Assembly: GCF_009914755.1 (NCBI RefSeq)
Contig: NC_060945.1
Source of the DNA: the human T2T-CHM13v2.0 reference genome, Homo sapiens
DNA length: 64,000 nucleotides
Reading direction: 5' to 3' (one strand)
In this document: positions 26,736 to 40,019 of the stretch, in pieces
How positions within the stretch are numbered: the stretch's first letter is position 1
Layout of the letters: each line of letters opens with the position of its first letter
Translations under genes and position numbers: made by a program
The notes under the pieces: generated by a model
Databases searched by the model: none
Told to the model about the DNA's origin: nothing
What the model saw: only the letters and a program-made list of their open reading frames with translations

Positions 26736-27198
26736 TGTGGCAGGACAAGCTGCAGACAAAACCCCTCAGACACCAAGTTGTGGAAGGAAGGGCTTTATTC
26801 GGCTGGGAGCGTTGGCAAGACTCACGTCTCCAACAACCGACCTCCCCGAATGAGCAATTCCTGTCCCTTTTAAGGGCTCACAACTCTAAGGGGGTCCGCG
26901 TGAGAGGATCGTGATTGACTGAGCAAGCTGAGGGTTCATGACTGGGGGCTGCATGCACTGGTAGTTAGAACAGAGAAGAACAGGACAGGGATTTTCACAG
27001 TGCTGTTCCATACAATGTCTGTAATCTACAATTAACCTGACTGATTAGGTCAGGGGTCGATCTTTAACTACCAGGCCCAGTGTGTGGCACTGGGCTGTCT
27101 GCCTGTGGATTTCATTTCTGCCTTTTAGTTTTTACTTCTTATTTCTTTGGAGGCAGAAATTGCGCATAAGACAATATGAGGAGTGGTCTCCTCCCTTA
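26736..27198 (-). mobile_element. Solo LTR2-family (HERV-E, ERV1) LTR
   Basis: Reverse complement begins TAAGGGAGGAGACCAC.CCTCATATTGTCTTATG and ends CTTGTCCTGCCACA. Confidence 0.85.
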
Positions 27199-28049
27199 GC
27201 TAAGGACTCTGACCCCTCCTTCTGTGGGACTCCATGTATTCTTTCTCATTGGGAACACTGGGAATAGCAGGACCCAGTTGAGTTTGGAGAGTGTCGCTTA
27301 GTGCTCTTTAGTTGCAACCATCTGAAAATAACATGAAAAGAAAGGGGAATTTCCTGAAAAATGTTGGTGGTAGCAATGAGAGCAAGGCTCAAAGAATAAA
27401 CTGGAAGCTGAGAAACTAGGCTTGGAAATAGAAATCAAAGGGACTGGGGAAGCAAGGACCCTGCATTCGTCTCTAGGCAGGAAGGGTTCACTCAGCGCAC
27501 TGGTGCTGTGATAAATATCACGTGCCTCTGCTGTTCTCTCATCACGGATCAAGAGTCCAAGCCTGGAGGGAGAGCGACTGAAAGCCATGGGCTGGTCACA
27601 GGCCTGCCTGAGAGCTGCACGGGAGCCGGCGAGGAAAAGCCCTTGCTGCTTCCAGTGTAAGGCAGGTGTCTGGATTTATCTTCAAGAGAGCCAACATGAT
27701 GAATGAAGGAACTTAAATCATGGCACGGTTAGAAAGAAAAGTAGCAAGACAGGAACTACTCCTTCTCTCCAAACAAAAAGAAAAACAAAATGAGATATTC
27801 ACTATAATTAATATGAATTTGCAAGGGAAATAACACAGTATATGATCTCAGTCTCAACTTATATCTTTATTTCAACTATATCTACTTCAGAAAGGATTTG
27901 AAGGGTTTCCAATAAAAGACAAATAAAATGTTATAAATAGTAGATAAATGAAGATCAAATATGACCCTGGTAGAGGTATGATAATTTTCTCTGTCTCGTT
28001 CAAGAGCTACACTGGCTGCACCTGATATAGTAGATGCTCAATAAGTATC

Positions 28050-28145
28050 ATTACCTTCTGCCAGGTCCCTCCCAGGACACGTGGGGATTATGGGAACTAC
28101 AATTCAAGATGAGATTTGGTTAGGGACACAGCCAAACCATATCAG
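28050..28145 (-). mobile_element. THE1/MST LTR fragment
   Basis: ACAATTCAAGATGAGATTTGG...ACACAGCCAAACCATATCA, homologous to 9260-9306. Confidence 0.8.
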
Positions 28146-28304
28146 TATTACATTTTATTGCAACTATTGGCTCAATAGTTGCACTATGTATTTTTGTTTA
28201 AAGTTATTGCTCAAGCGTTTACCATATATATTGTTAACTTATCACAGTTTATTCTTAAGTACTATTATATCATCTCCCAAGTAATATAAAAATCTTACAG
28301 CAGT

Positions 28305-28960
28305 ATATAAGCAGTCCTGGCTTTTCGTGGTTCTTATATGCAGGAATTTTTGTTACTGTGCTTTGATTAGATAACATGTATAATTCCTTCATGGACACAG
28401 TGCAAATTTCACTTTCCACAGTGTATTAACTACGTGTAATTTCATTCAGTAAAAATTTTGATGCTGGTTTTTAGTACAAAAATTAGTAAGTATTTAATGG
28501 ACAAGCATGATGATCAGTGAGCAATCATGCTCTCTCTGTGAAAGTGTGCTGGTTATTTGTCGCTGTGTACCTGTGCATCTGTATGAATTTAGTTTAGACA
28601 GATATCAAGGTGTGTAGTTGTGTAAACTACTTGTCCTCCAGTCATAAACTCACATAATTTAACTTCTAAAGCACCATCACTGTTGGATAAGTGTCCAAGT
28701 CACCTTTATTCATTTGGATACCTCCATGAAAATGTTAAAAAGCTGCTTTTTACTAACAAATACAACTTTAATCATCCAGCTAGTGGACCAAGGAGTTATT
28801 TCAATGTTTAAAGCCTACTGTCTTAGACAAACTTTTCAACAGACTTCTGAAGCTACAACTGGAGATCATGCAATTTTTAGGCTAAGTTTTGAAAGATATA
28901 TTACTTAAAAATGCAGTTGAAATACTTAAGCATCATGGCAGCAAAGAAAGTGAGTAATAT
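28305..28960 (+). mobile_element. Tigger (TcMar-pogo) DNA transposon remnant with partial DDE transposase
   Basis: ORF 28714-28908 NTTLIIQLVDQGVISMFKAYCLRQTF resembles the Tigger/CENP-B DDE motif NTT...QP.DQG.I..FK..Y. Confidence 0.75.
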
Positions 28961-30982
28961 GTGCGTGCAGTACAGCAGAAACTTGTATTGCTCTGTGAAA
29001 ATAACATGCAGGATACCAACAGAATGCAAGTGGAGCTATTGGCTCATTTTGCTCCTGCTTGTGCAGAACTTTTCATGTCAGGCCATCTCCTGGGCTACTG
29101 GTGAGTTTATGGATCAGCCCAGCTGTAGTCTATCCTGTTGTTCCTGAAGTGGGGTGGAGGTCAGCCAGCAGCCTGCAAAAATGTTAGAAAATAAGAGTCA
29201 AGCAGGACTTCTGATGCCCCCAGATCATGTTATTGTTATGATCAGCCATCCACAGCAAGTGTCTTATTTGAATTATATCCGATGATAGCGATGGATCTAC
29301 GTTGCTGTTTGCCTCTTGTAACCCACAGAGTGAGAATGCAAAATCCAGGGTTAGGAGTGCAGTCAGTGGCAGTGTGACTAGGTGTTTCTCTGTAGGATAC
29401 TAAGAAAAATACAGCCCAGGAAACTGTTAGTGCTTTCATTTTGTTTCACTATAGGTCTGCCTGGATGATCAAAACAGATGGGAAGGAGCCATGGTGGGGC
29501 AATGATCCTGTTCTGTTGCCTCCTGGAGATTCAAGCATTATATATGGAGAGCTATCATCTCTACCCCTCCTCCCGGTTTACTCTCATGGTGAGGTCAGGT
29601 AGAGTTTAGCAGGGATGTTCATGTGAATATTGTCTGTGTTTGTGAATAGGCTCGTATTTCAGTTGCAAGCAACATGATAACTTTAAAGTTCAGTTGCTGG
29701 TTAATAACTGTCTTTTTTATTAAGTTGATACTGAACTTGATGTCTTTTTGCAGCACTAACAGAGATTACTGGTGCTACCTTTTAGCTTTTGATCATTTAT
29801 GCAAGCCTAGATCTTTAGCTTTACGTTGCAAAAGGGGTATTTTTTTCAACATTTTTTTGGTGAGAGTATTAAAGTTGGCATTATTATGATCACAAGTGTA
29901 AACAGGTATATAAGGAAGTGGCGATACATTGTTAAGACTGCTGTTATTCATGATGCTTAGCCAAATGAAGGTGCAATTAATACTGCCATGTAGACCTGGA
30001 ATAACGTCAGCTCAGGAACAGCAAGTTTAGATAGTTTGACTGTAGTGAATTTTCATGAATGGAATAGTTAATCATTTTAGTGGATCTTGGGGGTCAATTC
30101 AGGCTGTTTTACTTGATCCACTTCTTATCATTATCCTTACAAAGTCTTCTGAGATAACACAGCACTGATAGTTGCTAACAGACTTTATATCTACCGCGTT
30201 ATTAGCATTTTATCTTGATACACTGATAAAATAAGCTTCAGGAATAATTAAAAGATTGCAATGGCTTCCAGCTGCCAAATGCTAGATTTAATTATTTTTA
30301 GGACCAACATGAGGGTTTAGACACACCACTTGTGGTGCAGCACACATGTATTATCCAAACTGAAATTAGCAATTCAACTGAAGTCCATGTAGAGTCGAAA
30401 AATGTGAATATTTGGAGATGATTTGGCTCACTTTATTTTGTAGAAAAGAAAACAGATTCAGGGAAAGGGCATGCATTGCCTAAGGTGATTCAGCAGGTTT
30501 GGAGCAGAAACGCAATACAATCTCTGTTCTTTTGCTGCTCAGATCCAGAATTTTTTCACAATACTGAACTACTTATGTTTCTGATTCCTTATTTTTTCTG
30601 TTTTATATTTTGCCAATATTGTCTTACCAAGATCCTATTCTTTACCCCAAATATTTAAATTCATTACCACTATTGTCTCTTTATAAGTAAAAGTACTAGT
30701 TGTTATTATAAATGATTATTCGATCACTTTTCATTTTTTGGGGGGTCCAGTACAAAGTTAGTAACAAATAAACATTATAGGCCTTGGCAATCCAAGGGGA
30801 GCTCAAGTCCTCCAGGGCACGTCAGGAAAAGCCTAAATGACAGCTGAGCTTCGAGTGGACAGAATACAGCTCTCATACGGACTGTTGAGTATTTGATATT
30901 CTTCAACAGTTTCATTCATCTTCAGTTTTTTCATCTTTGAAGTGATGGATTTAGTCCTTGCTATACTCGACTTTCAAGTTTC

Positions 30983-31410
30983 TTTTGAAATAATTATAGA
31001 TTCACAGGAAGTTGCAAAAGGTGCAGGGATGTCTTAGGTACTCTTCACTAATTCTCCCAGCGGTGACATCTCGCATAGCCATAGAGCATATCAAAACCTG
31101 GAAACTGACATAGGTGCAATTCAGAAAGCTTGCTCAGATCACAACCATTTTGTACACATTTGTTTTTGTATGTATTTGTGTGTGTGTGTGTGTGCATGTG
31201 TTCTGTGCATTTTTATCTCATGTAGATCTCTGTAACTACAACCTCGACCGTCAAGATACAGAACTGTAGCCTCACCACCAGGCTCCAACTTGCAATCTTT
31301 GTGGACACTCTGACACATTTTCCTCCACCCGTTCCCCTTGGCAACCCCATAGTCTGTTCTCCATCTTTACAATTTTATTTCTATAATTTATATAAATGTA
31401 ATTGTACAAA
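30983..31410 (-). mobile_element. L1MC-type 3' fragment containing short (TG)n
   Basis: TTTTGAAATAATTATAGATTCACAGGAAGTTGCAAAA; GGCAACC...TCTGTTCTCCATCT. Confidence 0.7.
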
Positions 31411-34400
31411 ATCGTATTTTTGAAGGGAAGAAACAAGTCACAGATATTTTTGTTCTCACTGCAAAATAATCTTTAACACTCATTTATTTTATGTTCTATT
31501 TGTCTCAAAAAATGTGCCTTGTTCTTTCCCATATTTTCTGATATCAGGATAGGAAATCAATAGCAAACAAAACATAATTCCATTCATTTTTTTTCCACAG
31601 CTTGGTTTTCACTGCTGTTTCCTAACGCTTATTGTTCCATTTACTCTTTCTCTCTGTTTTCCATCACATAAAAGTAACTTTGTGTTCTTTATCTCTTCTA
31701 AGAAAACTTGGTAATGAGTCTTTCATGTGAAGCCCGGACCACCCTTGTTTTGATTTTGTGTTATGGGTGTTCTTTTGTGTGATCGCTTTCATGGAGAGTC
31801 CTTGTGAAGCTGGGCTTTTCCAATGGTTTGTCAAAATGGAAATAGATATTTAACAAACCAAACACAAAATGACCTTGCTCCAGGAATGCATCATTTCTGA
31901 GAAAACACTACCTCTTCCAACTAGAGATTGTGAATATTACTCATATTATCCTTTACTCCCTTTTATTAAAACTGTATTTTTTTTACACATTTGTATAACT
32001 CGGGTAATGAAATGTGAAACTAAGTGATTGCCTACCAATTACAATTGATATTAATGATGCTAGTGGGAGGCCACCTCTACAGTGGCTGCGCCATGTCTAG
32101 GGACTTGCTAGCTTTGCTAAGTTACATAGGATTGCCTACGTACTAAATGCAAACTTACTCATGCACATAGGAAACCATTTGTATTAATATGATTAAGAAG
32201 CCCTGCCTAACCCTGATGAAAAATTACTTGAAAATAACAGAAGAGAGTCCTTATTTTAAAGTACATTAACTATTGGGAGTAATTACTATCAGTCCAAACA
32301 TAACTGGATCTAATGAGACTGAACAGAAACAAATTAGACATAATTGGAAGCTAAGCAAAAGTCAATTAAACTCCTATAATTTTACCTTTATAAAAATTAT
32401 TGAATTAAATGACCTGGATCAATTAGCAGAGGAAATAAAGCCATGAAGAATATTTCCGGGAAACTATTACCTTTTTTGAGGGAAAAATATTGTTTCACTT
32501 AATGATTAGAATTTAGTAAAATGTAGCTTAATGAATTTTGCTGCCTTAGCAGTTTAATAACTTCAAATGAAGTAATTATGCAAATTTTTTGATAGTTTGA
32601 CCTACAAAGTAATGCAGGAGTTGTTTTAGGGAATCCAGGAGTAGAATTTATTTGATAGAATAAAATAACATATTTATAAAAATCAGCAAATTCAGATGGT
32701 TTGGAATAAAGATATGATTGCTTTTACTCAATATTCACTTTAGGGCTGGGTTAGCTGTGTGGGAATTGCAGTTGACCTGTTGTAGAAATTGTGTGCTTGG
32801 AAATATATCACCACATTGCTCCATGTAGACTCCCTCTGTGATTCAAGTCTTGTTCCTACAGCACTGCTGTCAACCTTCAACCACCGTCACCCTATAGACC
32901 CCAAGTCAGTTTGTATTCAGTAATGCAAGTGGTGTTCTGTGCAACTGGTCACCCAAGAACTTGGTGCTAAGAAACTGAGAAAGTGATGACCAAGACAATC
33001 TCATCAAAACACAGCCAGGGCCAGTCACAGTATCGTAATTTCTGCTTTCTGGATGTTCAAGGAAATGTAGATCATGACTCCTTCTGTGATGCCTCATTAT
33101 CTTCAAAAGGAGCTATAAGCGTACACTCATTTCCAAATGTGATGGAATAAGATTGCAGTTTCAATTAGGTCCTAAAGTATAATTAATTATATAATAGTTA
33201 TAAAAATATTAATTCTGTAAGGACAGTCACAAAGGAAAGAACAGTAGCAAATAGGTCTCAGGAAATATATCAAATGAGATGTTCAGGTGTGATGCAGCTT
33301 TGTACATACTATGCTAAATACATTATGTCTGTAATTAAACCAGCTGCATACACAATGCAGATGTGGCAAATTCTTTGCTGAAACATGTATGCCAGTTTCC
33401 TCATTTTTTAAAATGACAAGTGCATGCTTAATCAGGTTAGAGTGGATAGATTATGATATTATCAATGCACTGGACAAATCCATTAATGATACAGTGAGAT
33501 TTTGTGCAGAAAAATGGAATAGAGAGGTGTGAATCCAAACTTTGAAGAATAAAGAACATACATTTGTAATTAAGAAATATCTCTCACTTTCATCCCTTAT
33601 GTGCCACACATAGCACAATCCAGCCCCACCCAGCCATGACTCTTACATATATCACTCCTGACAAAGCCGGCCTGGCAATTCAGACCTGGAGCCCAGGGAA
33701 AAGAGAGGAATCCCATGATTTCTGGCAAACACTGCTGCTTCTTTTGTAGTGGTGTGAGATGAATGCCTCTACATGCACACAAGTGCCATGTTGAGGGGGA
33801 TGAATCTTTCAAGATTTGTTTAAAGTCAAATAATGTGAAGGTCCATGACTGACCTCCAGGCCTCTCAGAGCTTCAGTTAACTCCTTTGTGTTAGGGGATG
33901 TTAGAAGAACGTTTACAAGTCAGAGCAGGTGATGCTCAGGAGCAAGAGTGAATGAGGAGGAGGAACCCAAACAGGTCCAGCACAGAACATCAGCATCTGA
34001 GCATCAAGTCTACCCCTGAGAAAAAGTGGTCCAAAGGTTTGTGTGGACCCCATTCTCCAGGCCTTACAAACCCTGTGATTTCTGCCTCATTCTGTCCCGT
34101 CCTGTCACTTTGAGTCTGAATTGGAAGAGAGAAAAACAGTAACTAGATCAGTAAAGTAAGGAGGAGTGAAGAGCAGGAAGGTGGAGGTCGTGATGGTGGA
34201 AGATGGAAACCTCCTCGCGTGAAATAGAACAGTTTGGATGTCAGCTGTCACTGCTCTAGATCTCCTAAAACCCACTCCATTTTTATTAAAAATATACATT
34301 GCATTTTTCCAGTGTACACGATATCATGTTAAGAGTTCATAAAGTTTTGAGGATGTGAGTAATCAGAAAGGAGGTTTAAAGAACCGATTATTTTGGTGGT

Positions 34401-34827
34401 CTGGCTCCTTTACCCCAGTAGGAAAAGATGCCATTTTGCTTATGCCCTGTGCTGAATTTCAGAATGCCTGTCAACCCAACACGCTTCAGCATGAACTTTA
34501 ACTCAAAAAATCAAAAAGTACCAGGATCAATTTACAATCCTAGCTATATGGTATTTTAGAAATTACAAAGCCTGTAAATGAGCTATTTTGTCAACTTCAT
34601 AGATGAGAAATCTAAGAGTGGGTTAGTCAGTTCTCTTAGATTTCTCATATCCATAAAGTGGATAGAACATCTAATTTAGAGGCTTGTTGAAGGATAGACA
34701 GAAATGGCATTTACAAAGTATCTAGTGAAACTACTGGTAGGGATTATATGCTCAGTAAATGATGAGCACTATAATCACAAATAATTTGATCTTTGAAAGT
34801 GTAAAATGTATTTGTCTGTCTGCTTGG

Positions 34828-35099
34828 TTTTTCTCGGAGGCATAGTTTCCCTCTGTCACTCAGGCTGGAGTGCAGTGCTGTGCTCACTGCAGCCTCTGCC
34901 TCTCAGGTTCAAGTGATTCTCCTGCCTCAGCTGGGATTACAGGAGCCCGCCACCATGGCCCAACTAATTTTTGAGTTTTTACTAGAGATGGGGTTTCATC
35001 ATGTTACCCAGGATGGCCTTGAACCTTGGCCTCAAGTGATCCATCCACCTTGGCCTCCGAAAGTGCTGGGATTACAGGCATGAGCCACTGTGCCCGGCC
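34828..35099 (-). mobile_element. Alu (old, small deletions)
   Basis: CAGGCTGGAGTGCAGTG...GCTGGGATTACAGGCATGAGCCACTGTGCCCGGCC. Confidence 0.9.
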
Positions 35100-35324
35100 A
35101 CATTTATTTTAATTCAGAGAACAATTTTTCAGTAAGGTTGTACAAATGATTGTCCTACATTCCTGCATGTTTGAAACTCTTTTTCTCTTTTTGTCTCCAT
35201 ATGTGAATGACAGTTTGGCTAGGTATAGAATGCTTGGTTTACACTTTTTATTGTTCATAAATCTATAGTCTTATCTTTGTTCCCATCCTCTATACCAGCT
35301 TGAGTAGGATTAGAGTGTGGGATT

Positions 35325-35680
35325 CACCTATAAAACTCTATACCCATTGAACAAGTCCTCTTTTCCCCCTCCGCTAGTCCCTGGCATCTGCCATTTTACG
35401 TCTCTGTTTCTAAGAGTTTGACTACTTTAAAAACCTCATATAAGAAGGATCATGCAGCACTGTGTTTGTATTTTTGTGACTGGTTTATTTCACTTAGTAT
35501 AGTATCCCCAAGGTTTATCTATGTTATGACATATGAAAGGATTTCCTTTTTTTTTAAGGCTGAATAATAATTTATTGTGTATATACCACTTTTTAAAATC
35601 CATTCATCTCTTGACAGATATTTAGGTTGCTTTTACCTCTTGGCTATTATGAATAATGCTGCAATGAACATGAGATGAAC
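35325..35680 (-). mobile_element. L1MA/MB 3' fragment
   Basis: TTTTAAGGCTGAATAA...CCATTCATC; minus peptide MFIAALFIIAKR. Confidence 0.75.
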
Positions 35681-36078
35681 AAGCTCCTTTTTTATCTCTT
35701 TACTTTTGTTAGAAGCTTTTAATTCCTGATTAATGAGTTCTGAACGTATGCAGAGGTCTCTACCTGGCAGTGACCTAAAGCCTTGTCTTCTGCCACCCCA
35801 CTCAGCCTTCAGATTCATGTCTCTAGATTCTTGAGGTTGGGAAATGTTTCCCTAGCAGCCATGGTTTTGCATTCATTGGCCATTCAGGTTTTCTGCTTTG
35901 CCATCTTCCCCCGGGGGTTTCCTTATCCTCCTGGAAGCACAACTAGGCATTTAAGTCCATGTTGACTGTATTTTACCTGCTATTTCTATGTGTTTTGCAA
36001 TAAGGGCTTTTCAAGATACCCATAACTTGTGGCTAAAAATGAGGTTTGTTCCAATGTGCCTTAGAAATATCCAGTTTC

Positions 36079-36250
36079 ATACTTACCTGGCAGGGCAGAT
36101 ACCATGATCTTAAAGGCAGTTTTCCCAGGGCAAGGCTTATCCATTCCACTCTGGATCCATCATAGGGATATGCTGATCCCTGGAATTGCCCCAAATGTGG
36201 GAAGCTCTACTGCAAAATTTTTGGTAGTGAGCGATGGCATTATGCATTCA
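36079..36250 (+). pseudogene. Retroposed U1 snRNA pseudogene (RNU1-type), near full length
   Basis: Begins ATACTTACCTGGCAGGGCAGATACCATGATC and aligns along U1 to beyond the Sm site; TSD TATCCAGTTTC(ATAC) at 36068 and 36269; many substitutions and a 13-nt insertion. Confidence 0.95.
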
Positions 36251-36780
36251 TGTATGAATTCAACTGAGTATCCAGTTTCATACAAATAATAATAACATCT
36301 TCTATAAAATGTATTCTTGTGTATTAACACATGGGGCTCTCTAGTATTCCTGCTGAGATATATGGGAATCTACCCTAGTTTTGCCATTTTCTCCTAACAT
36401 CAGTCTACTTCTTTTAATATTCATTGCTTCTCCCCATTTCTGTAGTTCAGTGCATGTTCCTTTCCTCTGCAGGAACTATTTCTCTTTCCTCACCCAACTC
36501 ATAAATCCCTGCCTCCCACCCTAAGGGTAGGCACATGACCCAACCTGGGAGATCAGAATGTCACACCCCCAATACAGGATTGGTTTGTGAGTAGGCAGAT
36601 GATTCTGTCCATGCACAGAACTAAGTAGAAGAGAGTTTTTATACCTCAGCTTAGCTTGATGCTAGCAGAGAGCTACTGGAGTTCTATTTCCTCCTCTAGG
36701 GAAGAAAAGGATTTTGGTTTGGAGATAAAGCCAAGATACCAAGAAAGTGGGAATGAAAGACTTAGAGACAGGGAGTCCTG

Positions 36781-36908
36781 GCCCCTTTTCAGATGCTCAG
36801 ATGCTGGCACTAGCTTGAGGCCCAGTTCTGCTTCTGCTCTTCCCAACAGCCCCTTTTCAGATGTTGGCACTAGCTGGAGGCCCAGCTCTGCTTCTGCTCT
36901 TCTCAACA
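36781..36908. repeat. Diverged two-copy tandem duplication (~60-68 bp)
   Basis: GCCCCTTTTCAGATG...GGCACTAGCT.GAGGCCCAG.TCTGCTTCTGCTCTTC.CAACA twice. Confidence 0.85.
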
Positions 36909-37281
36909 TTTGTTAAGGGGAGCTCCCAATTTCTTTTCGAAGATAGCTGGTTTGACTTGGATATCCATCTCTTCTAATCAAGGGTCCTGATTCCTTGTCA
37001 TTGTCATCAAAAAAAATTTGTAAATATTTCACTTCTTGCTGACATGCTTTTGGTGTTGAACAAAGTGATTTGCACAGATACAATCTCTGCATCTTAATAG
37101 CTTACATTCTAAGAGCTGTACACCTGGCACTCTTTCTCTGGAACTATAACTGCTACATTCAAGAATCTTTATTAATAATACTTTTCAGATATATAGTTAA
37201 AAAATAATTTTAATAGTTGAAAGGCATCCATCTTTCCAAGAGGTTTAGACATACTGCAATTGAGTGCTAAGTGACTTTTAG

Positions 37282-37697
37282 TTTGTATTTTTGTATTTTT
37301 TAATATTTGTATTTCCATAGGTTATTGGGGAACAAGTGGTACTCAAGATGGATGAAGGATTTAAATCCAAGACAAGAAACTATAAAAATTCTAAAAGACA
37401 ACATTGGGAAAACTCTTCTAGACATTGGCTTAGGCAAGGATTTCATGAACAAGAACCCATAAGCAAATGCAATAAGAACAAAAATAAATAGCTGGGACCT
37501 AATCAAACTAAAGAGCTTTTGCACAGCAAAAGAAACAGTCAGCAGAGTAAACAGACAACACACAGAGTGGGAGAAAATATTCACAATCTATACATCTGAC
37601 ACAGGACTGATATCCAGAATCTACAATGGACTCAAACAAATTAGCAAGAAACAAACAAATAATCCCATCCAAAAGTGGGCTAAGGACATGAATAGAC
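37282..37697 (-). mobile_element. Short 5'-inverted L1 (L1PB-like) insertion
   Basis: Minus-strand L1 3' terminus (TTTCCATAGGTTATTGGGGAACAAGTGGTA) joined to plus-strand ORF2 segment 37341-37697; flanking GACTTTTAG repeat. Confidence 0.8.
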
Positions 37698-39903
37698 TTT
37701 TAGATATTTGTGTGTGCAGACCTCTTGGTGTCAAGGCTAAACTGTTCCTTTCTCTGACACATAGGAAATTGATGCACAATACCTTGCAGTGTATAATTCC
37801 AGGCCCCTAGGCATTGGAGACTGGGTTATCTTTTCACTCAACTGACAGTTGATACATTGTTTGCACTGAAAAATCTGGCTTTGTTGAACCACACCAGTTT
37901 ATGTTTTTAATTCCAAATGTTACCTTGTTATGAACTATTTTTTTGTCCTTTCCTCTAGAGAAATGCTAATGCTGCTTGCTTACATGGAAAGTAAAGTTAA
38001 GGAGTTGGTGTTGACATTTTGGCTTGCTGTCACAGGCAAAAAAGAGTAGTGCTGTTTTTGTGTGTTTAATTTTCTTTCACTTTCCCCACTCTGTGTATTG
38101 GAGGATGCCTTTAGCAATAAGTAGTCCTTATCCAGGTCACTCACTCATTAACCACCAACCACTGACAGTAATGTCTTTACTAGATATTTTGCTTCTTTTG
38201 ATTAATTTGTCTCTATTTCCTTTGTTCTAAAGCCTATAGTGAGTAATCATATTTGGAATAATAGTAGAGCTCCCTGCTGTGTTTTCATTTGCTTAAATCA
38301 AGACTTAGCTGATGTATTGAGGAACCAAGACTGAGATGTGGGGCTAGGAGGGCCTAGGGTCTGTCAGGCACTCTTCAGTGACTTGAGGTGCTGAATGACT
38401 CACACTGTACTGGGAGATGACCACCTGTGTGCATCCAACACTGTCACAGATGTGCCATTGAGCCACCAGGAGCAGCCACAGACCATCAGTGGTTGTGCTT
38501 TGGAATACGCAATTTTGTGTTTCTGGTGAGCTGTAATCTTTTCTTTTCCCGTATAATTATTTTTCATTGAATTATGCTATTAAAACTCATCTTTGGGTTT
38601 CTTGTAACGTCATTGCCGAGAACATTATTTTTGCATTTCACAGTGATTTCTTGAGGAGGAAGTAAGAAGTAATTGTTTTCTGGACTCACTGTCTGAAAAA
38701 CTTGCACTTTACTGAAGTGATTGTTTTATTTACACTAAGTAACAATATGAGTTTTGTTAGCTTTTTGGATGGACTACAAAGCATAAAACCAACTTTGTTC
38801 CTCATCTCTGGCAAAGATGGAGGGTTGTTGGCTTGCATTGTGTGATGAGTCTTATACCTGGCTCTGTCTGCTCTTGCCTTTTGCCTTACATTTCAAAGAC
38901 CTCACTTTTTTTTTTCTTTTTTTAAAAAATATTTTATCACGTGATTTTATATACATTTTAATAAAATTTCTTTTTTGTAAAAAAAGCAAAGCATAAATAA
39001 AATAGCGTAGCCATTTCTTCTAAGGTTATGTTGAATCTAACCCAAACTCTTATCAGAGAAAACTCTTCTTTAGATGTAGCCTAAAGCAGGAAGCAACAAA
39101 CCTGTATACAGCCAAAGTATCATCTCAAGGGCCTGCATTCAAATCTCACACATGTGGCTTGAAAGTGATCTCTTTCGCCCTTATTTCAAGGCCTAATCTT
39201 AGGTTACATACTGCTTAAAGAAGCTTCAGTATGCAATTTCAAAGCCTGTAGTAGATGTAAAATGAGAAAATTAGAAATAAGGAGAAAAGCTGCTACATGA
39301 GGACACTGACAGCAAGGAAAGGGAGAGAAAAACTCACAAAGTAAGTGGAAAAATAGACCAATGCAAATAACCCCACATAGTTTAACAGACCTCATCATAT
39401 CTATTGTGTACATGTTTGTATGACATAGATTATATCTATTATATGTAACCCAGTGTTCATAGTGTTGACTTAGAAATTATCAACCAAATTCAAAGCTTTT
39501 AGGCTTTGAAAATTGTTTGAAAAGATTTTCACCCAAAATATTTAAATTATTTAAAAAAATTATTGTTGATTAAAGTTGTAATCCTCAATTAATTAGAAGT
39601 TTTGGCTATCCAGAGACCTTATATTCCAAAGACTTTAGAGAGCTGTTTGTTAGATGACATAAATTATTACCATTATCCTACATTTAAACTTCTAATTTAC
39701 GTAAATAGTGAGCAAAATTGAGAGCCATACAAATATTCAATCTCTGAAGCTCTTATGGCAGCATTGATCAAATAGGTTAGAGAGCACATGGATACAGCTT
39801 TATTGCCTTCTAGTTTTACTGCAAACGTGCTATTTAATAGTATGCAAATGATTGGCTAGAGGTACAGACCGCCAGGGCCTTCATAGCAAACAGGTTTTGT
39901 GTT

Positions 39904-40019
39904 TACCCTAGCATACAAAAATGCTTCATCTACGATGTATGCTGTAACTGTGTGTATTGTCTACCCTAGCATGCAAAAATGCTTCATCTAAAATGTATGC
40001 TATAACTATGTGTATTATA
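39904..40019. repeat. Diverged two-copy tandem duplication, 58-bp period
   Basis: TACCCTAGCAT.CAAAAATGCTTCATCTA..ATGTATGCT.TAACT.TGTGTATT twice. Confidence 0.9.

Noticed and set aside
26285-26873. 144-158 aa Pro/Ser/Phe/Leu-rich ORFs
   Set aside because: Translation of the polypyrimidine low-complexity tract
36079-36250. Functional U1 snRNA gene
   Set aside because: Flanked by TSDs, protein-binding loops mutated, 3' stem-loop degraded, no recognisable snRNA promoter
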